This document shows positions 27,060 through 36,778 of a stretch of DNA of 64,000 bases, piece by piece. The translations under genes and the position numbers were made by a program. The notes beneath the pieces are model-generated. The model worked only from the letters and a program-made list of their open reading frames with translations, did not search any database and was not told the DNA's origin. Position 1 is the stretch's first letter. Every line of letters begins with the position of its first letter. Origin of the DNA: an uncultured Actinomycetes bacterium (lineage in GTDB: Bacteria; Actinomycetota; UBA4738; HRBIN12); NCBI GenBank assembly GCA_963728665.1, contig CAVSLG010000021.1, positions 7,158 through 71,157 on the forward strand, given 5' to 3'.

Positions 27060-28052
27060 CTACCGCTTCTCCTCGTAGTACTCGAATGCGGACATCGCCT
27101 TGCCCGTGGGGGACCGCCACTCGCGTTCGCGATCGGGCAGCTTGCCGAGCACCTTGGCCATCTCGCGCACGTGCTCGGCGACGGCTCCGCAGCACGAGCC
27201 GATGTAACGGACGCCCGCTTCGCGGGCCTCGGTCGCGAACCGCGCGAGGTCGTCGCGTGGGAGCGTGATCGCGGTCAGCGCGAACGGGAACTCGTCGGTC
27301 GACGTGAAGTCGGCGTGCTCGTCGGTCGTCGCGTAGGCAACCGGCTGCGCCGCCACCGGCACCCCACCGGCGACGGCCGCCACCATCTCCTTGGCGATCG
27401 GCAGCTGCTGCGCCGGCGCGTTCAGACAGTTGACGCCCACGATGTCGGCGCCCGCATCGGCGAGCCGCTTCGCGCACTCGCCGGGCGAGTCGCCCTCGTA
27501 CGCCCGGGCGGGCATCGTCTCGAACGACATCGTCGCCATCACCGGCAAGCCGGTCCGCTTCGCGCGCTCCACGAACAGCAGGGCCTCACCGAGGAACGAG
27601 AACGTCTCCCCGATGAAGAAGTCGGGCGGTCCGGCGTCGACCTGGTCCTGCAGCTGACGATCGAGCAGCGCCCGTACGTGGTCGGGGCTCGCGGGGTCCT
27701 TCGGATCGTAGGCCCACGTGAGCGAGAGGTTGCCGGCCACCAGCGCGTCGCCCTCGGTCGCCACCTCGCGCGCGATGCGCACGGCGTTGCGGTTGATCTC
27801 GTCGACGGACCCACCGAGTCCGACGGTCGCGAGCTTGTCGTCGCTCGCGTAGAACGTCATCGTCTGCAGCACCTCGGCACCCGAGCGCAGGAACTCGCGA
27901 TGCAATTGCTCGAGCGCCTCAGGGTGTTCGATCACCACCTCGGGCGTGAACGGTCCCGCCTGCACGTACCCCCGCTTCTCGAGCTCGAGCAGGTACCCGC
28001 CGTCGCCGAGCACGGGACCCTCGGCCAGGCGTTCGATGATGCCCTTCGTCAT
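27060..28052 (-). CDS. homocysteine S-methyltransferase family protein (BHMT-like)
   Basis: GDGGYLLELEKRGY, VLQTMTFYAS, GVNC and the C-terminal GSCCG zinc-ligand motif. Confidence 0.8.
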   Translation of the reverse strand: MTKGIIERLAEGPVLGDGGYLLELEKRGYVQAGPFTPEVVIEHPEALEQLHREFLRSGAEVLQTMTFYASDDKLATVGLGGSVDEINRNAVRIAREVATEGDALVAGNLSLTWAYDPKDPASPDHVRALLDRQLQDQVDAGPPDFFIGETFSFLGEALLFVERAKRTGLPVMATMSFETMPARAYEGDSPGECAKRLADAGADIVGVNCLNAPAQQLPIAKEMVAAVAGGVPVAAQPVAYATTDEHADFTSTDEFPFALTAITLPRDDLARFATEAREAGVRYIGSCCGAVAEHVREMAKVLGKLPDREREWRSPTGKAMSAFEYYEEKR

Positions 28053-28121
28053 GCGCTCTCCCCTCTGTGCCGCGAGTCTACGGCTCGGCCCGCCATGGAG
28101 ACCCTGGCGAGATCGGGCGGG

Positions 28122-30755
28122 CTATCCGGCGTCGTGCTCGAGCAGCTCGATCATCTGCGCGAGCGTCATCGACTCCCCGACGGCCCACGCGCGCTCGAAG
28201 ACACCGCCCTCGAGGGCGGCGCGAGCCACCTCGGCTGGGTCTCCGAAGAACGCGAGGCCCACCTCGGGGAAGTTCAGGTCGTAGTCGCGTTCGAGTCGAC
28301 TCGACGCGCCGGCGAGGGTCGCGGCCCGCTCTGCTCTCCCCGTGAGGTTCGCGAGCAGCGCGTGGGGCCCCAACACGGTCACCATGAAGATCGGGTTCCC
28401 GGAGGCGCATGCGATCGCCGTGGCCTCGGCGAGATGCGTGAGGCCCTCGTCCGTGCGCTCGAGGGCCACGTACACCCCCGACAGCATGATCAACGACTCG
28501 CAGAGCGCGAGCTGCTCGCCGACCTCTCGGTACAGCGAGATGCTCCGCTCGATCGGTTCGATCGCCTCGGCCGCGTTGCCCGCGAAGAGCTGCCCGAAGC
28601 CGATGCTGCCCCACACCTCCGCCTGCATCAGGAGGTCGTCCGGCTCGACGACCTCCAAGCAGTGTTCGAGGAGTCGCATCCCGTCCTCGGGGTGTCCCAA
28701 GACCGCTGGCGTGAACGTCAGGTGGAACAGCGCTCGGGTCAGGAGCCGACGGTCCCCGAGCGCTTGAGCGATGTCTGCGGCTTCCTCGTACGACGCTTGC
28801 ATCGCATCGTAGTTCGTGAGCCAGTAGTCGATGCTGCCGAGCGCGCCGAGCGCCAGCGCTCGAGGAGCGTCCCGTGTCTGTGCCTCGGGCAGCGAGAGGA
28901 GGCGCTCGAGCCTCGCCCGCCCTTCGGCGAAGTAGCCGCGTCGCTGCCAGTAGCGCCAGAGCGAGGCAGCTGTGCGCAAGCCCGTCGCGACCTCGTCGGG
29001 GCCCGTGACGCGTTCTGCTCGGTCGAGCGCCGCCCGGATGTTCTCGAGCTCGAGGTCCAGCGTCTCGAACCATCGCAGTTGTTGCTGCCCCGTGAGGTGC
29101 GGCTGCGCGCGCTCGGCCAGGTTCCGGACCTGTTCGGCTTGCCGCCGCTCGACCGAGGACCGCTCGTCGGCGTCGAGCACCGAGAACCGAGCCCCGGCGT
29201 ACTCGCGGATCGTCTCGAGCATCGTGAACCGCATCGATCCGTCGGGCGCCTCCGATCGTCCGACCAGGCTGTGATCCATGAGCACGCCGAGCGCATCCAG
29301 CACGTCGATGTCGCCGCCGCAGGCACCCTCGGCGGCTTCGATCGTGCACCCACCCGGGAACACGGCGAGGCGTGCGAACAGGCGCCGGGCATGATCGGGC
29401 AGCGCCTCCTCGCTCCATCTGATCGTCTCCTCGAGGGTCCGATGGCGCTCGGGTGCGTCGCGCGGCCCGTCCGTGAGCAACGGGAGCCGCTGGCCGAGCC
29501 GGCCGGCCAGCGACGCGGGGTCGAGCACGCGCAGGCGGCTCGCCGCCAACTCGAGGGCGAGTGGCAGGCCGTCGAGCCGAGCGACGATCTCGGCCACCGC
29601 GGCTGCATTGCGCTCCGTCACCCGGAAACCGCGCCGCGCCGCCCCGGCGCGTTCGACGAAGAGTCGTACCGCCTCCGACGACGCGATGTCGGACACGTCG
29701 AGGCCGTCCAGGTCGCTCGGGAGCGTGAGCGGCGGCACCCGATACTCCTGCTCGCCCGCCACATGCAGCACGATGCGGCTCGTAGCGAGCACCCTGAGTC
29801 GGGGCGCCGCATCGAGCATGTCGCCCACGATCGAGGCACCGGACGCGAGCTGCTCCAGGTTGTCGAGCACGAGCAGCGGGTCTCCGTGGCGGAGCCGCTC
29901 GTGCAGGGTCTGGACGGGGTCGACACCGGGCGTCGCCCGCAGTCGGAGCGCAGAGGCGATCGCCGGCACGACGAGCGCGGGGTCCTCGACGGAGCTCAGG
30001 TCCACGAAGGAGACCTCGTCGTGCCGATCGAGGCGGGTCGCCGCGACCTCGAGCGCCAGTCGGGTCTTCCCCGTGCCTCCAGGGCCCGTCAGCGTCACGA
30101 GTCGTGCCGCGTCGAGCGCCGCGTCGACCTCCGCGATCGCCGAGCCGCGTCCGACGAACGATGTGCGCGGCGCCGGTAGGTTCGTCCGACGGCCACCCGC
30201 CGTCGAGAGCGGAGGGAAGCCGTCCTCGAGTCCCTCGATCACGAGATCGTGGAGGGCCTGCGCCTCGTCGAAGTCCTTCAGCTGATGCGGTCCCAGCTCG
30301 CGGAGCGCCACACCGTCGGGCAACCGGTCTGCGAGGAGCGTCCGGGAGGCGTCCGACAGCACCACCTGCCCACCGTGGCCGCTGGCGGCGATACGGGCAG
30401 CCTTGTGCACGTCGATGCCGACGTAGTCGTCGCCGCCGAGCTCGCCCTCACCCGTGTGCAGACCGATCCGGACCCGGATGGTGGATCCGTCGTCCCACGG
30501 ATGCGACGAGAGCCCACGCTGAACGGCGACGGCCGCTCCGACCGCCGCCGCTGCCGACGAGAACGCCACGAAGAACGAGTCACCTTCGGTGCGGATCTCG
30601 ATCCCGCCGTGCTCGGCGATCGCGGTCCGCACGATGGCGGCGTGCTCGTCCAACGCACGCAGGAACCCGTCGCGTCCGAGGTCCTGCAGCAGTCGCGTCG
30701 AGCCCTCGATGTCGGTGAACAAGAAGGTCACCGTGCCGGTGGGCAGGTCGTGCAT
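28122..30755 (-). CDS. class III adenylate/guanylate cyclase fused to a STAND-type P-loop NTPase and TPR-like repeats
   Basis: Start at MHDLPTGTVTFLFTDIEGST. Cyclase motifs are IRTEGDSFFVAF, RIGLHTGE and DVHKAARI. Walker A is LTGPGGTGKTRLA, followed by a long helical repeat C terminus. The upstream 132 codons of the ORF-track entry are Arg-rich junk. Confidence 0.85.
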   Translation of the reverse strand: MHDLPTGTVTFLFTDIEGSTRLLQDLGRDGFLRALDEHAAIVRTAIAEHGGIEIRTEGDSFFVAFSSAAAAVGAAVAVQRGLSSHPWDDGSTIRVRIGLHTGEGELGGDDYVGIDVHKAARIAASGHGGQVVLSDASRTLLADRLPDGVALRELGPHQLKDFDEAQALHDLVIEGLEDGFPPLSTAGGRRTNLPAPRTSFVGRGSAIAEVDAALDAARLVTLTGPGGTGKTRLALEVAATRLDRHDEVSFVDLSSVEDPALVVPAIASALRLRATPGVDPVQTLHERLRHGDPLLVLDNLEQLASGASIVGDMLDAAPRLRVLATSRIVLHVAGEQEYRVPPLTLPSDLDGLDVSDIASSEAVRLFVERAGAARRGFRVTERNAAAVAEIVARLDGLPLALELAASRLRVLDPASLAGRLGQRLPLLTDGPRDAPERHRTLEETIRWSEEALPDHARRLFARLAVFPGGCTIEAAEGACGGDIDVLDALGVLMDHSLVGRSEAPDGSMRFTMLETIREYAGARFSVLDADERSSVERRQAEQVRNLAERAQPHLTGQQQLRWFETLDLELENIRAALDRAERVTGPDEVATGLRTAASLWRYWQRRGYFAEGRARLERLLSLPEAQTRDAPRALALGALGSIDYWLTNYDAMQASYEEAADIAQALGDRRLLTRALFHLTFTPAVLGHPEDGMRLLEHCLEVVEPDDLLMQAEVWGSIGFGQLFAGNAAEAIEPIERSISLYREVGEQLALCESLIMLSGVYVALERTDEGLTHLAEATAIACASGNPIFMVTVLGPHALLANLTGRAERAATLAGASSRLERDYDLNFPEVGLAFFGDPAEVARAALEGGVFERAWAVGESMTLAQMIELLEHDAG

Positions 30756-30796
30756 CCTCAGAACAGTACGCCGGCGCAGCGGGATGTTCTCTCGGC

Positions 30797-32869
30797 TCAG
30801 CCGGCGATCGCGGTCGCGAGCACGAACGGGTGCACGGGGCCGCTGCCGGCCAGGCTCAGGGCGCGCGCGACAACGGCGAGCGTCCACTTCGAGTCCGCAA
30901 GATCGTCGACGAGGAGCACCGGGCCGTTCGGAAGTTCGCCGCCCACCTCGAACGCATCCCAGACGTTGCGTACCTGTTGGGCGCTGTTGCGCATCACGGC
31001 TTGCGGTTGGTTCTCCGCGACCTTGTGCACCACCTCGTGGAATGGCAAACGGAGCGCCTCGGCCAGCCGTGCCGCGAAGTCGGGCACCAGGTCGGGATGG
31101 GTCATCGACGGCACGCACGTCACCCAGGTGGGTGCGGGGTCGGGCTTCCACCGGTCGGCGATCAGCCCCGCGCTCGCGGCCACCAGCTCGTCGGCGAAGC
31201 GCTCGTCCTCATTGCGTCCGGCGGCGACGAGCCGGCCCCAGCCGCCGTCGCCCACGACCGAGAGCGCCCGTCCGACGAGAGGCCGTTCCTCCTCGGCGAT
31301 CCGACCTTTCGGTAACCCGAACGCTGCGAGGCCCGATGGCCACTGCTTCCGCGGTTCCACGAACAGGTCGAAGCCGCGCAGGTGCTCACGGGCGACCGCG
31401 CGCGACTCGGCCGAGGGATCGACCACCAAGGGCGCCGACGTGCACCGCATGCACCGTCCGCAGGGCTCCGCGCCCGGGTCGTCGAGCTCGCGGCGAAGGA
31501 ACTCCATCAGGCACCCGTCGTGCCGAGCGTATCGGCGCATCGCCTCCTGCTCGTGACGGCGCAGAGCGGTGATGTGCTCGACGCGCTCGGCAGGGTACGT
31601 CCAGGTCCCGGAGGTGCGCACGTATCCGCCGCGTTCGCGCGCCACGGCGCCTTCCACCTCGAGCACCTTCAGCATCGACTCCAACCGCCCGCGTCGCACG
31701 TTGACCGCCGCCATGATGTCGTTGAGCGACATCGGCTCAACGGCCTCGGCGAGCAGCTCGACGATGTGCTCGGCCTGGTCGCGCGGGGGGAACGCCGTCT
31801 CGATGAAGTAGTCCTGGATCTCGCGGTCCTCGACGCCGCACAGCAGCACCGCCGGCGCGTGATCGAGCGCGCGGCCGGCGCGTCCGACCTGTTGGTAGTA
31901 GGCGATCGGCGATCCGGGGCTCTGGTAGTGGATCACGAAGCCGAGGTCGGGCTTGTCGAACCCCATGCCGAGCGCGCTCGTCGCGACGAGCGCCTTCAGC
32001 TCGTTCGCGAGCAGGGCCTGCTCGAGCCGCACTCGGTCGTCGTTGTCGGTGGCGCCGCTGTACGCCTCGGCGTCGATGCCCTGTCGGCGCAGGAACGCCG
32101 CCACCCGCTCGCCGTCTGCGATCGTGAGCACGTAGACGATGCCCGAGCCCTCCAGCGTGGGAAGCGCCTCCGCCAGCCACGCGAGACGTTCGGCCTGGTT
32201 CGGCACGTCGGCGACGGCGAGCGCAAGGCTCTCCCGATCGAGGGAGCCTCGGAACGTCTGGAGCCCGTCGCCGAGCTGATCGGTGATGTCGGCGATCACG
32301 CGGTCGTTCGCCGTGGCCGTGGTGCAGAGCACCGGCACGTCGGGCGGGAGCGCCTCGAGCACGCGCACGATGCGCCGGTAGTCCGGCCGGAAGTCGTGGC
32401 CCCAGTCGCTGATGCAGTGCGCCTCGTCGACCACGAGCAGGCCGACCGTGCGCGCGATCACGCTGAGCATGCGGTCGCGGAACCGCTCGTTCGCGAACCG
32501 CTCGGGCGAGACGAGCAGCAGGTCGATCTCGTCGTTCGCGAGGCGCTCGGCGATCGGCTCGAACTCCTCGGGGTTCGTGGAGTTGATCGACTCGGCGCGA
32601 ACGCCGATGCGCCCGGCCATCTCGATCTGGTTGCGCATCAACGCGAGCAGGGGGGAGACGAGCAGCGTCGGACCGGCTCCCTGCTCGCGCAGCAGCTTCG
32701 TCGCGATGAAGTAGACGGCCGACTTCCCCCACCCGGTGCGCTGCACGAGCAGCACCCGTCTCCGGTCGCGTGCGACGGCGTCGATCGCCTCGAGCTGGCC
32801 CGGCCGGAAGGAGGCATCGGAACCCAGCATGTGATGCAGGTGGGCGAGCGGCGTTCCGGTCGCGCTCAT
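30797..32869 (-). CDS. rqlH: RecQ-like DNA helicase with tetracysteine module and C-terminal ComF/phosphoribosyltransferase-like domain (RqlH architecture)
   Basis: FRPGQLEAI, TGWGKSAVY, VVDEAHCISDWGHDFRPDY and a Cys cluster (C..EPCGRCMRC). The C terminus is VLLVDDLADSKWTL, PRTase-like. No HRDC domain. Confidence 0.8.
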   Translation of the reverse strand: MSATGTPLAHLHHMLGSDASFRPGQLEAIDAVARDRRRVLLVQRTGWGKSAVYFIATKLLREQGAGPTLLVSPLLALMRNQIEMAGRIGVRAESINSTNPEEFEPIAERLANDEIDLLLVSPERFANERFRDRMLSVIARTVGLLVVDEAHCISDWGHDFRPDYRRIVRVLEALPPDVPVLCTTATANDRVIADITDQLGDGLQTFRGSLDRESLALAVADVPNQAERLAWLAEALPTLEGSGIVYVLTIADGERVAAFLRRQGIDAEAYSGATDNDDRVRLEQALLANELKALVATSALGMGFDKPDLGFVIHYQSPGSPIAYYQQVGRAGRALDHAPAVLLCGVEDREIQDYFIETAFPPRDQAEHIVELLAEAVEPMSLNDIMAAVNVRRGRLESMLKVLEVEGAVARERGGYVRTSGTWTYPAERVEHITALRRHEQEAMRRYARHDGCLMEFLRRELDDPGAEPCGRCMRCTSAPLVVDPSAESRAVAREHLRGFDLFVEPRKQWPSGLAAFGLPKGRIAEEERPLVGRALSVVGDGGWGRLVAAGRNEDERFADELVAASAGLIADRWKPDPAPTWVTCVPSMTHPDLVPDFAARLAEALRLPFHEVVHKVAENQPQAVMRNSAQQVRNVWDAFEVGGELPNGPVLLVDDLADSKWTLAVVARALSLAGSGPVHPFVLATAIAG

Positions 32870-32918
32870 GCACGCACGGTACCGAGTCCGTGGGACAGGC
32901 TGTTCGGCAACCGAGAGC

Positions 32919-35084
32919 TCAGTCGAGCAGGGCGTCGAAGGAGCGCAACGTGTCGCTCAAGCGTTCCGCCAGAGTCTGGGCGAGCCATCGGTGCAGCGAT
33001 GCGGCGAGCTCCGGTTCCTCGGCCTCCAGCCGCTCGATCGACGCCTTGCTGAGCCGCAGGACCACGCTCGGCGTCTCGGCGAGCACGTCGGCCGTGCGCG
33101 GCACGCCCGTGTACATCGCGATCTCCCCGACCACGACGCCCGGGCGGACGGCGCGCAGGCGCAGGCGCGTGCCTTCGGGGGTCACCATCTCGACGCTCAG
33201 CCGGCCCGACTCCAGCACGAACACGTCGTCGGGGGCATCGTTCTGCCGGATCAGGGTGGTGCCCTCAGGGAGCGGCATGCGTTCGAGGTATGGCTCCAAT
33301 CCCGGCGGCAGGCCAGCGAGGGTTTCGGCCTGTTCGAGTGTGCCTTCGACCGAGCCGGCGACTTCGTCGAGCAGGGCGTCCTCGCAACGCTGGAGCCCGC
33401 GATCGAGATCGGGCTCGAAGCGGACGACCCCGTCGGCGGCGACGACCCCGCCGCGCTCCAGCCGCGCCCACACGGCCTCGGGCCCGCCCGTCAGCACCAG
33501 CTGGAAACCGTGCCCCTCGGCGAGCTGGGCGACCTTGCGGAAGGACATGACGGCCGAGGAATCCATGCCCGTCACGCTTCGCAGGTCGATCAGCAGGAAC
33601 CGCAACCCTCCCGCCTCCACGCGCTTGCGGATGCGTTCGAGCAGGCCGCTCGACGTGCCGAAGAACACGAACCCGTGCACCCGTAGGATCTGTACGCCCT
33701 CACCGTGCGACCGCAGCGACTCGCGCTCGGCGAGTGGCCGATCGACGTTGCTGCGGTACGTCTCTCCGAACTCCACCTCGCTCACCTGCTCGAGCCGGCT
33801 GTAGTTCACCGCGAACAGCACGACCGCGAGCACGAGGCCGACCGCGACCCCGGGCAGCAGGCCGCGCACCACGATCGTCGCGAGGATCAGGAGCACGACC
33901 AGGTACTCGCTCGTCGGCAGCGACCGTCGCTTGTCCCAGACCCACTCGACGATGAAGCCGAGGCCGACGAACACGAGCACGCCGCCCACGATCGCCCGAG
34001 GGATCAGCTCGATCATCGCCGCGCCGAAGACGACGGCCGACAGCGGCACGAGGGCGGCGACGAACCCGGCCATGCGGGCGTTGAGCCCCATCTGTTTCCC
34101 GAGCGCGGAGAGGCTGAGCGCGTGGTACCCGGGGATGCCGCCGAAGGCGCTGGAGACGACGTTCACGATACCGGCGTCGCGGAGCTCCCGGTTCGTGTCG
34201 AGATCGGTGCGCAGGACCAGCTCGATGCCGCTGATGTTGAACAGGGCCGCGATCACGGCGACGAACACGGTGGTGGCGATGCCGGCGACCTGCTCGAGGA
34301 CCGCCGACCAGTCGGCGTCCGTGAGCGCCTCCTGCACCGTGCCCGGCTCCCACAGCTCACCGGCGGGGAACGGTCCGAGGAGCCAGAGGCCCTCCTCCAC
34401 CTCGGCGAGGGTGGCTCCCGCCACGAACACGCCCACGGCGAAGAGCACCAGCCCGAGACCGATCATCCCCGGGATGACGAGCGGCCGGTGCACCACCCTG
34501 GTCACGACGAGCAGCACGATGCCGAAGACGAGCGCGGGGATCCACCGCTTCAAGTCCTCCTGCCGGGTCAGGTCGTCGATGGTGCGCCAGTACGGCTGCA
34601 CGCTGGCCGCGACGCCGATGCCGCCCTTGAACAGAAGCCAGCCGGTACCCGCGAGGAATCCGCCCACGACCGGGTACGGCACGTACCGGACGAGGTTCCC
34701 GAGCCGGAACACCCCGAGCAACGCGAACGTGACACCGGTCAGCAGCGTCACGACGACGGTCGCGGCGACCACGGTGAGGAAAGCCCGGTCGAGGCTCCCG
34801 AACGCGTCGAGGGCAGTGGTCGAGGCAACGACGGCGAGCACCGCGGCCGCCGCGTCCTGCACGCTGCCGACGACCCCGCGTGTGCCGGCCCTCCAGGCGA
34901 GGATCGCGAGTGTCACCGCCGCCGCGACGAGATACAGGCCGATGCCCTGTGACAGGTAGTAAGCGAGGTAGCCGCCGAACACCAGGGCGGCGAACGAGAT
35001 CGCCAGCACGACCTCGACGGCGCCGATCACGACGCCGCCGGCGAGCGCTGCAAGCACCCCGAACGATCGTCGTTCCTCGGACAC
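32919..35084 (-). CDS. SulP-family anion transporter with STAS domain and C-terminal cyclic-nucleotide-binding domain
   Basis: SulP TM core. STAS region is FLLIDLRSVTGMDSSAVMSF. The cNMP-binding region is FVLESGRLSVEM...VVGEIAMYTGVPRTADV. Confidence 0.9.
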   Translation of the reverse strand: MSEERRSFGVLAALAGGVVIGAVEVVLAISFAALVFGGYLAYYLSQGIGLYLVAAAVTLAILAWRAGTRGVVGSVQDAAAAVLAVVASTTALDAFGSLDRAFLTVVAATVVVTLLTGVTFALLGVFRLGNLVRYVPYPVVGGFLAGTGWLLFKGGIGVAASVQPYWRTIDDLTRQEDLKRWIPALVFGIVLLVVTRVVHRPLVIPGMIGLGLVLFAVGVFVAGATLAEVEEGLWLLGPFPAGELWEPGTVQEALTDADWSAVLEQVAGIATTVFVAVIAALFNISGIELVLRTDLDTNRELRDAGIVNVVSSAFGGIPGYHALSLSALGKQMGLNARMAGFVAALVPLSAVVFGAAMIELIPRAIVGGVLVFVGLGFIVEWVWDKRRSLPTSEYLVVLLILATIVVRGLLPGVAVGLVLAVVLFAVNYSRLEQVSEVEFGETYRSNVDRPLAERESLRSHGEGVQILRVHGFVFFGTSSGLLERIRKRVEAGGLRFLLIDLRSVTGMDSSAVMSFRKVAQLAEGHGFQLVLTGGPEAVWARLERGGVVAADGVVRFEPDLDRGLQRCEDALLDEVAGSVEGTLEQAETLAGLPPGLEPYLERMPLPEGTTLIRQNDAPDDVFVLESGRLSVEMVTPEGTRLRLRAVRPGVVVGEIAMYTGVPRTADVLAETPSVVLRLSKASIERLEAEEPELAASLHRWLAQTLAERLSDTLRSFDALLD

Positions 35085-35215
35085 AGGCCCCCCGCCGCGC
35101 CGTGTTGCACGTGTGTGCCACGCACCCTACGCCGCAAGGGGTCGGTCCCGCCAGAGGGCGCGTGGAAGGGCTCCGCGCCGGTTGCCGGGAGCGGCGTCGT
35201 GCGTCTCCTGGGGAT

Positions 35216-36733
35216 TCACCAGGCGGCGAGGATCTTCTCGGCGGTCCGCTCCCACGTCCATTCGCGGCCGACGAACGCGCTCACGCCGGCGCGAAGCTCA
35301 TCGCGCTCCGCAGAAGGCAAGGAGAGCAGGCGATCGATGCTCGTCGTGAGCCGGCCGACCGCACCCTCACCGGGCTCGAACGAGAACATCCCCGGACGTC
35401 CGACCGTGGCCTCGAGGGCGGCCGCCACCTCGGCGAGGCCGGAGTGCCGAGCGACGACCGGAAGGGCGCCCGCCGCGGCGGCCTCGGCGGCCACCATGCC
35501 GAAGGCTTCATGCAGGATCGAGGGCACCACCATCACGCTCATCGCGGCGAGCGCGTCGGGGGCATAGCGATGATCGAGCCGCCCGGTGAACGTCACCGAT
35601 CCGTGAACGCCATCGACCGCAGGGAGCGTGTCACCGAACGACATGCCGCCCGCATCGCGTAACCACGCGAGTGCCTCCCGGTCTCCTCGGTGCAGCGCGC
35701 TCGCGAGGGCGGCCAGCCACTCCCGATGAGAGCCGAACCCCACGACCAACATCTCGGTGTCGTGCGCCAACCCCCGGTGGGCAGAGAGCACGAGCTCGAC
35801 CCCCTTCTGCGGGATCAGCTTCCCGAGGTAGCCGACGATCGGCGCGTCGCCGTCCGCGAGCGAGCGCAGCCGTGCACCCGCCTCCGGCTCGGGCACGGCC
35901 TGGTCGTACGTCTCCGCGATCGCATCGAGCGCCGACGCGTCCCTCGCCTCGAGGGCTCGCTCGACCAGCGCGTCGGTCCCCGCCGGTCGGCCGCGGGTCG
36001 TGTCGGGATCGTGCGCCAGACGGTCCGCGACGTCGGCCAGTGCTTCGGCTCGAGCCCGAGGCCGGAAGGCGTCGACATCGACGCCCGGCGAGACGACGCG
36101 TCCGAGGTCTCGCATCTCCGGCACGAGTCCGGCGCACCGCCGGAGCACCTCGGCGGCGGCGCCGATCACGGCTCGGGCGCCGCCGAGTCCCTCGCGGGCC
36201 AGCTCGCGGTAACGATCCTGCAGGCGCACCGCGTACTCCAGGTCGCTGCCGTGGATCTTGGCGAGGTATCGCCCCGCCCCCAGCGCGCGTCGTCCGATCG
36301 CCGCGCCGGGGATCGCATGGCCGGTCACGACGACCTCACTGCCGTGCCACTCGACCGCCGCCCGCAGCGCGTCGACGTTGACCCGCAGGTATCGCTCGAG
36401 ATCCGCGTCCGACAGGTCGGGGAAGCGGCGCACGTCGCCGAAGCCCTCGTAGCGGTCGACGACGAAGACCGGCAGTATCGGTCCGATCAGAGGGCGCAGC
36501 AGCACGCACCGACCCGAGCCGGCGGGTCGCCTCCGTCGTTCGGTGAGTTCGCTCGGACCGTCAGCGTCGACGAGACCGTCGGCATCGATCCACGGATACC
36601 GCTCGGGGTGGCGTTCCTGACACATCAGCGCGACGTCGTGGCCCGCGGCCCGCCACGCTTCCGCCGTACGCGCGGTGACGACGTTCGAGCCCGAACCTTC
36701 CAGCAGCCAGCCGTGCCAGATCAGGATGCGCAC
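35216..36733 (-). CDS. large GT-B glycosyltransferase (GT4/GT1-like)
   Basis: MRILIWHGWLLEGSGSNV, GYLGKLIPQKG and EAFGMVAAEAAAAGALPVVA. Confidence 0.8.
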   Translation of the reverse strand: MRILIWHGWLLEGSGSNVVTARTAEAWRAAGHDVALMCQERHPERYPWIDADGLVDADGPSELTERRRRPAGSGRCVLLRPLIGPILPVFVVDRYEGFGDVRRFPDLSDADLERYLRVNVDALRAAVEWHGSEVVVTGHAIPGAAIGRRALGAGRYLAKIHGSDLEYAVRLQDRYRELAREGLGGARAVIGAAAEVLRRCAGLVPEMRDLGRVVSPGVDVDAFRPRARAEALADVADRLAHDPDTTRGRPAGTDALVERALEARDASALDAIAETYDQAVPEPEAGARLRSLADGDAPIVGYLGKLIPQKGVELVLSAHRGLAHDTEMLVVGFGSHREWLAALASALHRGDREALAWLRDAGGMSFGDTLPAVDGVHGSVTFTGRLDHRYAPDALAAMSVMVVPSILHEAFGMVAAEAAAAGALPVVARHSGLAEVAAALEATVGRPGMFSFEPGEGAVGRLTTSIDRLLSLPSAERDELRAGVSAFVGREWTWERTAEKILAAW

Positions 36734-36778
36734 CCGCGCATGCTAGATGCGCCGAAGCTGGCTGAGGAGTCTCGACGA

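Noticed and set aside
28122-30755. Calling the cyclase-STAND-TPR gene outright an antiphage (Avs/Pycsar-like) system.
   Set aside because: Multidomain cyclase-ATPase proteins are abundant chromosomal regulators in actinobacteria. No nuclease, TIR or pore effector is adjacent, and the cNMP-binding partners are full-size transporters. It is kept as a lower-probability hypothesis inside the finding rather than as a call.
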